Both the position numbers and the translations under genes were made by a program. Under the pieces are notes generated by a model that searched no databases, was not told the origin of the DNA, and saw only the letters and a list, made by a program, of their open reading frames with translations. DNA of 63,061 bases, counting the filler, from Nemertoderma westbladi (lineage: Eukaryota > Animalia > Xenacoelomorpha), in assembly GCA_032718475.1 (NCBI GenBank). It is 3 parts of 3 records of this genome, joined end to end, with 100 filler letters (N's around TTAATTAATTAA, not from the genome) between each part and the next. Parts side by side here need not be neighbours in the genome. Positions count along the whole stretch, not along the records: positions 1 to 26,946 come from JAUCBJ010003495.1; 2 more parts are not named here. One strand, 5' to 3'. This document shows positions 1-12,556 of the stretch, piece after piece; the stretch's first letter is position 1; the number at the start of each line of letters is the position of its first letter.

Positions 1-712
1 AAAAGCGATTTAATATCTAGAAGACATCCTAATTTGGCGGGTTAAACTGCCAAAGGTCTGAAAGCGCGAACAAATTGTGAGGAAATATTGTCATCCAAAT
101 TCTGATATGGTAAATATTGTAAGGACTTCTTAATACGAAGTAGATAAGTAATGTTCAAAATTTTGGAAGTTACTTATCTACAGTATATTTGGAAGAGATT
201 ACTTCTCTGAAAACTGTATAGGCATTCCCTGGAGGAATAAACCCATTCATTAATACTTGTAATATTATTTATTTATTTATTAGTTTTTTATAATTTTTCT
301 AATTTATTAGAAATTTTAATAGACGTATTTTCTCTACAAAGGTTTGTTATGTGCTCCAATAAAATAAATTTTAAATAAAATTTATGATTAAGCCTTTAAA
401 CAATTATTATTATTTTGGCGCTGTAAACCCAAAGTGGAGGAAGAAGTATTCGGCACTTTACATATTATTCACCCAGCTCGAATATGTATCCACCAAATAA
501 CCTAAGTTATTTAGGCTGCCATTAATTAATAATTAATAATAAAAATTAATTAATAATTATATTAATATATAATAGATAATTATGATCTTCCATTTCTTAT
601 ATCTTACTTATACGGATAATGTTATTCTTTGTCTGTTTGTGCGCTGATCTACCTTATTTCTTTCCATTCTGTTGATGGTTTTGGGCTAATAGATTTCTCT
701 ATGGGTGTAGCT

Positions 713-963
713 GTGGGGCGAGCCACGAAGTGAGTGAGCCTTAGCGTAGTGGTACCATTAATCAACCTGTCGTTCTGTGGGGCGAGCCACGAAGTGAGTG
801 AGCCTTAGCGTAGTGGTACCATTAATCAACCTGTCGTTCTGTCGCGTTTTTTTTCAGTATTTTATTTTAAACGTTAATAACTCGGCCAATCCTTGATGAA
901 ATCTATCCAAACTTGGTACACATGTTGTTTGGCAAAAGTTTGAAAATTTTCCAAGTAGAATTT
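713..963. mobile_element. End of a probable non-autonomous Helentron/DINE-like element, with a ~64-bp tandem duplication
   Basis: The TGTGGGGCGAGCCAC hairpin unit is duplicated (713, 777). It is followed by ...AAACTTGGTACACATG..., a block repeated at ~4140-4268 and partly inverted at ~2878-2895. Family call is inference. Confidence 0.4.
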
Positions 964-2323
964 GCGTGGGGCCTTCGTGCAGCATCAGTGTAACTGTTAT
1001 TGCAGTTATAATAAATTTATTTATCCAAATTTAAAATGCGTTAAATTATTATTACTGTAGGATAAATCAGCTGTGTTTCTAACAAATTTTGCAATTCTGC
1101 ATGTACCATGTGTACCGGTACTGTCAGGCTGTACTCAATCCCTGAATCGAGAATCGCTGAATCGATGCAACCCTTGCGGTGATTATAGTTTAGGCCTAAT
1201 TCAGTAATTAGCCCAGTACCGGCACCGGTAATAATAATACTGTAATATAGGCCTAATAGTTTAGATAGTTACCGCTAATCATTCAGTCATTGGCACGGTA
1301 CACCGTATTGCTGTACTGCCGTTGTAGTGCGCACCGTAGGTACCACCCATGCAGCCATGGCCTACCTGCCTACTACACACAGGCCATGACAAGGACTTTG
1401 CTGTGAAATTAGCCAGTTAGCGTAGGCTGACTGTGCTGATTATGGTACTGTCAGACTGTGGTACCTAAGCTATATACTGTTAGGTATATTGCTGTATTGG
1501 GGTGGGGTTAGGAATAATCCATTTGTTTTAGCATTGAACTGTTGAATCCCCTTATTTATTATAAAACCATTGGAAATATTCGCAAATGCCGCTCCATTAC
1601 TGTCTGAAACGCTCCCGACAGTCCGATGCTGCGATGTATCTGGACCCGAGCAGCCGAGTTGCTTCAAGAGGTGATTAACGGGGGAATACTACGGAATTGC
1701 TTGTTTGTCTTTACGATTCTATTTGGGTATTTACTACACATTTACTACGCATACGGCGGTCGGTCAGATCGTAATGCGGGCCACTGCCAAGTTCCTCATG
1801 CCTCACTCCGGTCACCCACCTTGGAGTGCGGTGGGAAGAGTCCCACTTACTGACTTACGTCGACGACTGGACGAATCGACGAGGATTGCGATCTGGGTTT
1901 AGCGGCGGCCCGGATCCTGGGATCGCTGGGGGAAATGGTTGAACGTTGGGCAGACGTTATCGCACTGGATTACGTTCTCTGTGACGCGAAAGTGTGAAGC
2001 GAATTCGTTGTCGAATTGGGTCGGAAGCTGCGGGAATTCTACTGTTCTACGGGAGTAAACCGCAGCGGTCCGGTGACTACGAACGGATACTACTGGGATA
2101 AGCAGGTATTTCGATCGAGTTTCTCGTATTTTCGATGCTCGAGGCGGATAGAGAGTTGGTTGTGTTGGACGGTGTTGTTCAATTCTATCAAACATATTAA
2201 ATAATTGGTAAAATAATAAAAACACACCAGATAAAGATACTGAGCTTATGGTAAAGAGATAGGCCGAACTTACAATTTCCAAATAGATTGTTCATATAAT
2301 AAATATATTTTTGGTATTTGATT

Positions 2324-2590
2324 TCAAGATAGGGGGGGGGGGGGGGGGGGGGCTGGACGCAATAAAAATTCATCCCTCTCCAGGGGAAATTGGACGCAAA
2401 TAACAACAGCTGATTTCTCTCAAAAATAAAACTGTAACCTCTTCATTTGTGTTTACTTTATGGTTTTGGTTAAAATAACGTGCCACTGTAACCTGCTCCT
2501 TTCCCAAAATTGAGAAATTAATATTGAGGCGGGATATTAATTCGCCAAGATGGGATTTCCGTCCAGTCCCACCCCCTCCTATCTCTTGAT
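2324..2590. mobile_element. ~260-bp MITE (family A)
   Basis: Inverted termini AGATAGGGG...CTGGACG / CGTCCAG...CCCCTCCTATCT. Near-complete copies at 34214-34478, 36521-36782 and 37779-37964. Confidence 0.8.
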
Positions 2591-3741
2591 TTCACTAAAA
2601 AATAGAATACATTGCATTTTACTGTTATAATTACTGTATTGAATAAAATAATTAATTGATTGTTTATTAAACCGTGCTAAGCACGTTGAACTGGAGCTCT
2701 AACAATTCCCCACTAGCGGCAGACAGGAACTGTAAAAGTCTCTGTATAATTTATAATTAAGCAATGCTCTAAGGTAACTACTACTAAATTTCAGATGAAT
2801 CTGATCGTTGGTTCTATAATTACAGCTATTTTTACGTTTCTGTTAATTCGCCCCCTAGCAGCAGCTTTTTTATAGACTACATGTGTACCAAGTTTGGTTC
2901 CATTTCATCCTTGATTGACTGACTTATAAGCGTTCAAACATTCCTGCCACAAACATAGCCAGACGCAGCCACAAACGAATAAAAGCTGCAGGAACTCGAG
3001 CGATAATTAATTAATTAATTATTAAATACTGTTTCAATTAAATTATTTACGAAAATCTAGTCATCTTCTTTTAAATATGGACCCTGTATTCATGGAAAAT
3101 ATAATATTTGATAATTCATCAGTCAGCCTACGCTAATTTCACAGCAAAGTCCTTGTCATGGCCTGTGTGTAGTAGGCCATGGTACCACCCTACTACCGGC
3201 TGACCGCGTGACCGGTGGCAACTAGCACTTCAGCACTTGCACAGCAACAGCACTACCGGCGATACACAGGTTGAAATTTATGTAGAGTTTGCTCAACAGT
3301 ACAGATATAAAATAGTTATCTAAATTATATATATTACTATTGACAAGTATTGAAATATATACCGTTATTCGTGTTATCAGTATTTGCAACATCTGACATT
3401 GAAGAGGTGAGAGAAGAAGAATACCGGCACTCAACATAACCAACGCTTATCACAGGTCGGTATGGTTACCTCGAAACCGGCGCGACTGTCCACTCGAATA
3501 CAACTTCAAAACACAAACGCCAACAATAAACTGAAAGCGAATCGAACGTCTTCAGAAGAATCTGTCATTGGGACGAAGAAAAGTAAGCCGAAACCACGGG
3601 AATGGACCACAGCTAAGATTGAATGCTCCCATTGTCAGAGTTCCTGGACCGAAATTGAAACACCAATTGCCGATGGGCTTGATCTCTCAAACCAAAACTT
3701 CCTCTGCGGTTGAAAGTAAAGATTGAAAGTCTGGAAGCTGG

Positions 3742-4140
3742 CATCCCTAGGTATTATTATTATAAAGAGCGTCAGCCTGCGTTTAATAAATATATTTTAA
3801 TACAAAACAGGTCGAACGCAAAGAGGCTTATAATGAAGACGAGTACTGCATTGATTATATTCCTATAAACCACCTGGCTTTGCATATTGAACGTGCGTTT
3901 GGAAATAAGTTCGTGCTACCCTTCCGTGGGTGGTAGATGTCGCGGTTATGTATTGGTGGGTGGGGGAGGGGGGGGGGGGGGGTGCAGATTAAAAGGGGTG
4001 AACACGTGCTGTCCCCCTTTCTTTGATTAATTGGTGGTGTGGGTTAATCTCTCATAACCTGATTTTGTGATACAGTCGCACAATTTTAATTTGTATCTCA
4101 TAACTGGGCCTCGTGCTGCGCGAAGGCCCCACGAACGTGT
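3742..4140. repeat. ~400-bp direct repeat, copy 1 (copy 2 at 5289-5680; extra ~150-bp subunit at 5145-5288)
   Basis: Near-identical sequence from CATCCCTAG to the hairpin GGGCCTCGTGCTGCGCGAAGGCCC. Confidence 0.8.
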
Positions 4141-5144
4141 CGTTCTGTCGCTTTTTTTGCAGTGTTCAATTTTAAACGTTAATAACTCGGCCAATCTTTG
4201 ATGAAATCTATCCAAACTTGGTACACATGTTGTTTGGCAAAAGTTTAGAAATTTTCCAAGTAGAATTTCCTTGTGGCCTTCGAGAAGCTAAGATAATAGC
4301 AGTTAATTAGTTAATTAAGTTATTACGGTAAAAACACCATTTTCAACCTGCCTTTTAAAGGAAATTAATTGTTTTACAGTATAAGATTTAAATAATTATA
4401 ATTAAAAATTATACAGATGTAATCCACATACCCCATTCTATTATAGTTTTTAATTAGTTCAAGTGATTTGCTTTATTAATTGTGTCTTTAATTGATCTAA
4501 AGTAATTAAAACGTCATAAAAAATTGATTCTCATTAAATACTGCTCATTTATTGGCTAACATGCTGGTAAGATGGAAGGATGTGTGTGTAAGGCAGCAGC
4601 TAGTTGCTGGGAATGATTATTGGTCATGTCTCTGCTGGTGTGGAGCTAGCTTGGAGTTGTGGCTGTAGACTAACCAGAGAGGAATTGTACTGTAATAGGC
4701 AACCAGTATTGCTATTCCAGCCCAGGCAGCATTCCAACATCCCAACATCTTTCCTGTATTGACTCTACTATAAGTGTTGTATTGCTATCTCAGGTAAATG
4801 ACAGATATAATAACATAAATACCATCCATGGCATGGCTGTTGTGTAGGCTTATCTGAAATAGTTTATTCCACAATGTATATGTCTGGTTATTTTTTAATT
4901 GAATTTTTGCAAAGTAGTAAAATTAATGTTCTTAAAAATAATATTATTATTTTATATGTAACCTAGGAAATTAGCTACATTTTTTCGCTGCAGCTTTAAG
5001 AGTGTACATTGATTTAATATTATTTCAATACCCATATTACTACATCGGCATAAGATGCGTTGGCGTTGTATCACACATCTCCACATATCACACATCTCCA
5101 CATAGATGTATCGCACAGTTTCGAAACTTCGCATAGTTATAACT

Positions 5145-5680
5145 GTATAAAGATCGTCAGTCTGCGTTTAGGAAAAATATTTTATGACAAAACAGGACAA
5201 GCGACGAGCGCAACGAGGCATATAATGAAGACGAGTACCTCGTTGACTAAATTATTATATAAACCACCTGGCTTCACATATTGATCGCATCCCTAGTTAT
5301 TATTATTATAAATATCGTCAGCCTGCGTTTAAGAAATATATTTAAATACAAAACAGGACGAACGCAAAGAGGCTTATAATGAAAACGAGTACTGCGTTTA
5401 TTATATTCCTATAAACCACCTGGCTTTGCATATTTAACGTGCGATTGGAAATAAGTTCGTGCTACCCTTCCGTGGGTGGTAGATGTCCCGGTTATGTATT
5501 GGTGGTTGGGAAGGTTGGGGGGGGGGGATTAAAGGGGGTGAACACGTACTGTCCCCCTTTCTTTGATTGATTGGTGGTGTGGGTAAATTTCTCAAAACCT
5601 GATTTTGTGATACAGTCGCTCAATTTTAATTTGTATCTAATAACTGGGCCTCGTGCTGCGCGAAGGCCCCACGAACGTGT
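5145..5680. repeat. ~400-bp direct repeat, copy 2, plus an upstream diverged subunit
   Basis: Aligns by eye with 3742-4140. Confidence 0.8.
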
Positions 5681-6097
5681 AATATCAGTTGAATATGATT
5701 ATCTACCTTATTTCATTCCATTCTGTTAATGGTTTTTGGCTAATAGATTTCTGTATGTGTGTAGCTGTGTGTATGTAGCTGTATAGTATGGGTCCTACTG
5801 TCTACATACTGTAGTTTGATTCTTATAACTTCTACTTAGGCAATTTCTGAATATTATATTTCCGAAAATATATATTTTTCGATTTGGTATTTTGTACTGT
5901 ATTTTTGGTATTTACACTACAGTATGTACTTGCATTCGTGGTGTATTTAGTAATGGTAATAGTATTTTATAAATTTATAATAATTATTATATGCAATTTT
6001 AATCTTAAATTTGCCTTTCTATCCTGATTTTCAGGTGAAGTTTCAGCATTAATATTGTATTTTTAGATTCCTTCGAGAGAAAAAGAATCACAATGAA

Positions 6098-6290
6098 GTC
6101 CCACGTTGGTGTAGCGGTTGCATTGAATTCACAACTCTTCGGAGGTAGTGGGTTCGATCCCCGCATGGGGGCCAAGTCTGTTTTCGACGTCCGAGCTCGC
6201 TCGACCTAGTACAGTAGTAGTAAAGTGACAACCAGGGCGCATCACTGCCTTGTATCTGCTAAATGAGTAGGCCTAATGGAATTTATCCTG
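6098..6290 (+). mobile_element. tRNA-derived SINE (degenerate)
   Basis: A-box TGGTGTAGCGG (6107-6117), B-box GGTTCGATCC (6151-6160), acceptor-like GTCCCA...GGGGGCCA, then a non-tRNA body. No clean anticodon arm. Confidence 0.65.
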
Positions 6291-6903
6291 GGGAGTATAG
6301 TTGTTGGGGATTCATTCTTAACCTAGGTTGAAATGAATGGCCTTCGAATGTTGGGTACTAGTTTGCAATAAATTCCATAAAAAATGACTCCCAACTCATG
6401 TAAACCTACAGTAGGTTTAAACGAATCCCTTGATCAACGGCATTCAATCAATACAACCTACAGGTATTTGTATAAAATACGTTGGGTTTAAATGACTCGC
6501 CTTATAGGCCTAATATTCTTCAGTTATTTACAGTACAGTAGTATTCAAAATAATTTAATTTTTCATCATCGGACTGCATTGACCACCAAAAACACCTATA
6601 TCTCTATCTCTCCCTGCACAGTGCGCTGTCTTCGCCAATAATTTTATTGCCTTCATTAAATGTTTTTATTAAAATTTTTCGTTCTTCCAGCATTTCAGGT
6701 TCTCAATGCAGCGTACAAATTGCCAATAATTCTTCGTAAAACATTAGCTGAACCAACTTCATATTTTAAGCATTTCCTATGGAAATTATATCTTTTTTCT
6801 TTTGTCACTTCCAACATCAATTTGGTATCATACGAGATAATCTAAGCAGAGGTAGTAGCACAAGTCAGCGTATTTTAATTAATTATATCATATACCTAAA
6901 GTA

Positions 6904-7020
6904 TTTCGAGTTGACATAATATCAAGGTTGACACAGTACGAATGGGAGATTCTTTTCGAGTTGACATAATATCAAGGTTGACACAGTACGAATGGGAGAT
7001 TCTTTTCGAGTTGACACAAT
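6904..7020. repeat. 51-bp tandem duplication (about 2.3 copies)
   Basis: TTTCGAGTTGACATAATATCAAGGTTGACACAGTACGAATGGGAGATTCTT repeated. Confidence 0.85.
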
Positions 7021-7238
7021 ATGAAACAGTTTTAGTAGGGTTTGTCAGAATCTACTCATTCATAAACATAGTTTAACAATTTCCTGTTCATTAACCTGCG
7101 AATATTATTTGATTCTGCAATTTATTTTATGCAATACACCCCAAAACTCAGACCGACCTAACCACCACCTACAACTGGTCACAGCACATGCCAACTGGAA
7201 ATTCCGAGAAGTACAATAATGTAGTATAATTAATTGTG

Positions 7239-7596
7239 TGACGTCATCATAATTGGCCCCTCATTAAATTGGTCAGCTCCTTTACTATTTACTTTTACTC
7301 AAATAATAAAAACACTAAAGATTTGGCAATAGGTACAATATATCTTAGTTACCATCGTGACGTGAATGAGCATGTCAAACTGTATAACGCTGGATGGGCG
7401 AATGGGAAGAGCATTATAAATATGACATCACAATATTATTCAGATACAATATCATACTGTAATAGGAAATACCTAGTAAATCACTTCAAATAATTAATAA
7501 TTTTCAAATTTATACAGGTCTTTTTCTATATTGCAACAACATTAATGCAGGTTTAGTTGTGTGTAGTGTATTTGTGTACCCCGCCCACACCCCGCT
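7239..7596 (+). promoter_or_regulatory. Putative Pol II promoter of the 7597 gene
   Basis: Palindromic CRE TGACGTCA at 7239-7246, ATTGG boxes, TATAAATA at 7415-7422 and a GC box CCCCGCCCACACCCC just before the ATG. Confidence 0.4.
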
Positions 7597-8502
7597 ATGG
7601 CTATACTCAAGAGTTGTTGCTGTGGTTACGCAGACCTCAGAAAAGGCTCCATTAACTGTGCAATATACACGTTAATAACAAATACTCTATACGTTATTGG
7701 CTACATAGTAAACGCCGCCTATTGGGGCTTCGGGAACAGTCGATATTTCGGACAACGATTGGATTCTTACCTCTACCATAGCGGCTTTACAATATTGCAG
7801 ACACTAACCTTGCTATTAAACCTATTGATTATTGCTACATCGGGACTACTAATACTCGGAGTGAAGAGTTATAGTTTTTATCGCGTGTTGCCTTGGATAT
7901 GTCTAGTTATATCTAATATAATCTTAGGTATTATTTTCGCGGTGTATATTTGGGTGGCCGCCTACGTTTCAGTGACTGAGTTCCCTACCGAGTTCGCTGA
8001 AACAATAATCCGCGCTTTAGTTTTGGTTCTCGATATTTACTGTCTCCTCGTCGTCATCGGGTTCTGCCAGGAACTCAACGACGGGGTCTACGGTGTCGGC
8101 CAGGGCGAAGGGAAAGTCCGAGTCCATCCGAATCCGCTGGGATTAGGATCCACAACGGCGGACCGGAGGGGAGTCGGTTTTACGGCGGACCGGAAGCGCG
8201 GCAAACAGCCCCGGATTAACGGTCCGTACAGCAGTAACGCACCACTCAATGTACCGGACGGGGTAGGGCAGCCGCTGCAGGGCGCGCCACCGGCGCCACC
8301 TGCCTACCGCGCACCTGAGAAAGAAACTAAAGGGGCGAATCAAGGTGAAACAACGAGAGTAAATCAAATGGAAAAATCTAGAGAAATTCAAATGGAAAAA
8401 TCTAGAGAAATTCAAATGGAAACATCTAGAGGAATTCAAATGGAAAGGTCTCGCGAAAATGATTCGTTTCGATATCCAAAACGGGTCCCCCAAATAAAAT
8501 AG
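7597..8502 (+). CDS. Intronless four-TM protein, LAPTM4/DUF4728-like
   Basis: 301-aa ORF with an N-terminal SCCC..LRKGS motif, four hydrophobic helices and LILGV...LPW. The Pro-rich tail has PPAY and 4x QMEKSREI-like repeats. AATAAA at 8661. Confidence 0.8.
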   Translation: MAILKSCCCGYADLRKGSINCAIYTLITNTLYVIGYIVNAAYWGFGNSRYFGQRLDSYLYHSGFTILQTLTLLLNLLIIATSGLLILGVKSYSFYRVLPWICLVISNIILGIIFAVYIWVAAYVSVTEFPTEFAETIIRALVLVLDIYCLLVVIGFCQELNDGVYGVGQGEGKVRVHPNPLGLGSTTADRRGVGFTADRKRGKQPRINGPYSSNAPLNVPDGVGQPLQGAPPAPPAYRAPEKETKGANQGETTRVNQMEKSREIQMEKSREIQMETSRGIQMERSRENDSFRYPKRVPQIK

Positions 8503-8898
8503 TATGAATTTCCGATAAAAAATTTAAATTAAAGTTACCTAAAGTAGTTCCAGTTTCACCTTAATCACTTAAATAGGCCTATTTATCGATTTGTTATGTA
8601 TACACAGTGTACAATCAAATTACGAAACATCAATGACATGTCAAATTATATAATTACTTGAATAAACTTGTACTATTTTAGAATATAATATTATATTGTT
8701 AAAATGATATCCGTAAAATAATTTATAGCTCGAATAATAAATTATGTAGCTATAAATGCACATACAGTACAATAGTTTACCTGCAATTAAGAAATCATGT
8801 GGACATAATTTACTGGTCATTAACCCCTGAGCTCTGAGCTCAATACTCTATTCATTTCCAAACAAACGTAAACGTACAAAATATAGGCCGAGTCTCAT

Positions 8899-9886
8899 AA
8901 AACGTGCTAGCTTCGCTGTGTGAGTAGGCCCGTAAACGTGCTAGCTTCGCTGTGTGAGTGGGCCCGTAAACGTGCCAGCTTCGCTGTGTGAGTAGGCCCG
9001 TAAACGTGCTAGCTTCGCTGTGTGAGTGGGCCCGTAAACGTGCTAGCTTCGCTGTGTGAGTAGGCCCGTAAACGTGCCAGCTTCGCTGTGTGAGTGGGCC
9101 CGTAAACGTGCCAGCTTCGCTGTGTGAGTAGGCCCGTAAACGTGCCAGCGTCGCTGTGTGAGTAGGCCCGTAAACGTGCCAGCTTCGCTGTGTGAGTAGG
9201 CCCGTAAACGTGCCAGCTTCGCTGTGTGAGTGGGCCCGTAAACGTGCCAGCTTCGCTGTGTGAGTAGGCCCGTAAACGTGCCAGCTTCGCTGTGTGAGTA
9301 GGCCCGTAAACGTGCCAGCTTCGCTGTGTGAGTGGGCCCGTAAACGTGCCAGCTTCGCTGTGTGAGTAGGCCCGTAAACGTGCCAGCTTCGCTGTGTGAG
9401 TAGGCCCGTAAACGTGCCAGCTTCGCTGTGTGAGTAGGCCCGTAAACGTGCCAGCTTCGCTGTGTGAGTAGGCCCGTAAACGTGCCAGCTTCGCTGTGTG
9501 AGTAGGCCCGTAAACGTGCTAGCTTCGCTGTGTGAGTAGGCCCGTAAACGTGCTAGCTTCGCTGTGTGAGTAGGCCCGTAAACGTGCTAGCTTCGCTGTG
9601 TGAGTAGGCCCGTAAACGTGCCAGCTTCGCTGTGTGAGTAGGCCCGTAAACGTGCCAGCTTCGCTGTGTGAGTAGGCCCGTAAACGTGCTAGCTTCGCTG
9701 TGTGAGTAGGCCCGTAAACGTGCTAGCTTCGCTGTGTGAGTAGGCCCGTAAACGTGCTAGCTTCGCTGTGTGAGTAGGCCCGTAAACGTGCTAGCTTCGC
9801 TGTGTGAGTAGGCCCGTAAACGTGCTAGCTTCGCTGTGTGAGTAGGCCCGTAAACGTGCTAGCTTCGCTGTGTGAGTAGGCCCGTA
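8899..9886. repeat. 34-bp minisatellite, about 29 copies
   Basis: Unit TAAACGTGCYAGCTTCGCTGTGTGAGTRGGCCCG, no spacers. Confidence 0.95.
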
Positions 9887-10039
9887 TTTCAAAAGAAAAC
9901 ATTTCGGAAGGCAAGTTCCTCTACTCAGAGCTAAAAAGAGCCACCAACATAAATTTGTTAATCCTATCGTTGGGTACAGTAGGCCCGGCAAAGATGACAA
10001 AATGGCATTGATAAAGATTGACCGGATCAACCAGGGACC

Positions 10040-10181
10040 CCCAACCAGAGCAGCAGACGGGGTTGGCCAACCAGAACAGCAGGCGGGGTTGGCCAACCAG
10101 AACAGCAGGCGGGGTTGGCCAACCAGAACAGCAGGCGGGGTTGGCCAACCAGAACAGCAGGCGGGGTTGGCCAACCAGAAC
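10040..10181. repeat. 26-bp minisatellite, about 5 copies
   Basis: Unit GGGGTTGGCCAACCAGAACAGCAGGC, containing the palindrome GGTTGGCCAACC. Confidence 0.9.
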
Positions 10182-10385
10182 ACCGGAGAATTTTATAACT
10201 CAAATGTGATAACGATAATAGTACGACAAGATAAGGAATAAAACGATAAATGATTAGGATGTCATACAAAACTGATGGGGACTAAAGTTCATCATATAAA
10301 TACATCGTAGCCTACATATACTGCACTGTAAGTTAAAGGGTATATAAATGCACTTATCATGTAAATTATAATAACAATAACTTAC

Positions 10386-10598
10386 GGTTGCTTTTGTGTT
10401 GACGATGATTGAGAAACAGCCAACTGTCGGTTCACTATCTGTAATGCGGTAGTGATAAACCCCGGAATGTTTGAACTGCTTACTGAAGAGACCCGATTGG
10501 ACAATGAGTCCGGAACACTCCATATCGATGGGTATCAGATTCCGGTCAAGGGACTCGTCGATAGTTTCTGAGGGTTTGGATAGTTGACACCGGTCCAT
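10386..10598 (-). CDS. Cupredoxin-repeat protein, exon E (phase 0-0)
   Basis: Acceptor tttccgtctcag, donor GTAAGT, 213 bp open: MDRCQ...GLFSKQFKHSGVYHYR...FSIIVNTKAT. Confidence 0.8.
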
Positions 10599-10892
10599 CT
10601 GAGACGGAAAGCAAAGAAAATTGTTTAATGTGATCAGATGCAGTCTTTTTAACATCTTGCTAGTCCAATCAATTCACACATCCGCATTCAAGTGTATTTG
10701 AAAATAACATTTTTATATTTATAATTTGTTCTGATTGGTTGTAACTGTGATTGGTTGTGCATTGGTTGTCTAATATATACGCCGCAGTCTTGGTTGACAA
10801 TGTACAGTAGATGAAATGGTGATTTCGAACTGTTGAAATGTTTGCATGCAGAAGCGGCTGGCGATACATCATATTGTATTGTAGAATGGCAC

Positions 10893-11000
10893 TGTATGTA
10901 TGTATACTGTATGTATGTATACTGTATGTATGTACACTGTATGTATGTATACTGATATATGTACACGGTATGTATGTATACTGATGTATGTATACTGAGT
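10893..11000. repeat. Degenerate (TATGTATGTATACTG)n simple repeat
   Basis: Seen directly in the sequence. Confidence 0.85.
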
Positions 11001-11153
11001 GTTGGCCTATGTACCGTAATTAATATTTCCATCGATAGAGCTATTGTGATAAAGTCAGCTGTTGTTATTTTTGTTGATTTTCCCCTGGAGAGGGATACAT
11101 TTTGATTGCCTCGACAATCCCCTCCGCGCAATTCCTGCGTCACAAACGGATCC

Positions 11154-11154
<1 letters not shown>

Positions 11155-11205
<51 letters not shown>

Positions 11206-11900
11206 TTAATAATAATATATTTATAAGGCGCCTGTTAAGGGCAATGTAAAGCGTAATGTAAAAACTATGACATACAGTAGAAGGATATTAAGTAAAAAGA
11301 GGTATATAAGTCTATAATTAAAATACAACAACTTTGTAATTCCAATTCGACTATTATTGGTATGGACAGAGAGTTAGAAGTTAATTAATTAATAATATAA
11401 TAAGTTTATGCAAGTGTCGTTCTATTCACCATATTCTAACTTAAAGTAGTGAGTTTTTAGCCACGACTTAAAAAGTTCCACAGTGCGTCTTGCACTGCGG
11501 ATGGAATAACGGAGATCGTTCCATAAACGGGGCCCGGCAACTGAAAATGCCCGCTTTCCGAACTTTCTAGCCGATAACGAGGCACGACGAGAGTTAGATT
11601 ATCATCCCAGGAACGCAGTGAAAACTTAGGAATATACTGTCTCAACAAATTATTAAGATAACTCGGAGCGCAGCCATTCATGCACTTGAACACAAGAAGA
11701 ACTATCTTGATGAACTCAATCCTACGCTTTACTTGCAGCCAGTGGAGATATTTGGAACAGGTGTTATATGTTCACGTTTTCTTGTGCTTGTCAGTAAGCG
11801 TGCTGCAGAGTTTTGGACATATTGTAGCTTGTTGATATATTTGTCCGGCAGTCCGTAATATAAGGAGTTGTTGTTATCTATTGTGCTGGGCGTGGATTAG
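11155..11900 (-). mobile_element. 3' fragment of a CR1/L2-group LINE with a (TTA)n tail
   Basis: Frameshifted ORF2 C-terminus (QNSAARLL..RKREHITP, HWLQVKRRIEF, FKCMNGCAPSYL..LRS) followed by a trinucleotide tail at 11155-11217. Confidence 0.8.
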
Positions 11901-12556
11901 CGTTTTGAGGTCATCTATAATTATATAACGTAATAATAATACTTAATGATTGCCAAAAGCTATGACAATAACTTTCATGAAATATCCTGTACCAATATGA
12001 ATAAGTGGATGTATAAGCGGATAATCTCGCGGAAGTCATTGGTGAGGCTGATAGGGAGTGTTCGTAATTTATCATCTACGATGGATGCACTAGCGTAGCG
12101 AGGGTAGGGTCCCAGGGTCCCGGGACCCTACCGTGGAGATTCCAACTTACACTAACTCTGAGAGCATTTTGCCATCGTCAAGTTCCGTTAAATTAAAAAA
12201 ATTATAATGACAAGTGCAATAAACCGAATATTAGTAAATATTCGAAGTTGAAGTTGCCTTGGGAAGGAGCCCGACCCCAGACCAGATACAATCCACATTA
12301 TCCCAGGCAAGTTGCCAAAGAAAATAAGTAGTACAGTAGAAAGGAGACCATATACCCCATCAAAGTGTTGTAGCCAGGCCTCCAGCCACACTACCAATAA
12401 TTCCCTCAGGCACCCCCCCCCCCCCCCCCCGCCCCCATGATAAGGCATCATACTATCATACACTGTTCTTAGAAACCCAGCTTATTACTTAGGCCTATAT
12501 TATATAATCTCTCAACCAGTTTAATAGTCTGTAATGTAACGCAATAAAATGGAGCC

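Noticed and set aside
2016-2204. Plus-strand RSGPVTTNGYYW as another cupredoxin exon
   Set aside because: Wrong strand for the host gene, an upstream in-frame stop, and no other repeat motifs.
6098-6174. Functional tRNA gene
   Set aside because: A and B boxes are present, but there is no canonical anticodon arm or immediate poly-T terminator; it fits a SINE head better.
8899-9886. 34-bp repeat as a CRISPR array
   Set aside because: Units are head-to-tail with no unique spacers, there are no cas genes, and the context is eukaryotic. The same applies to the other arrays.
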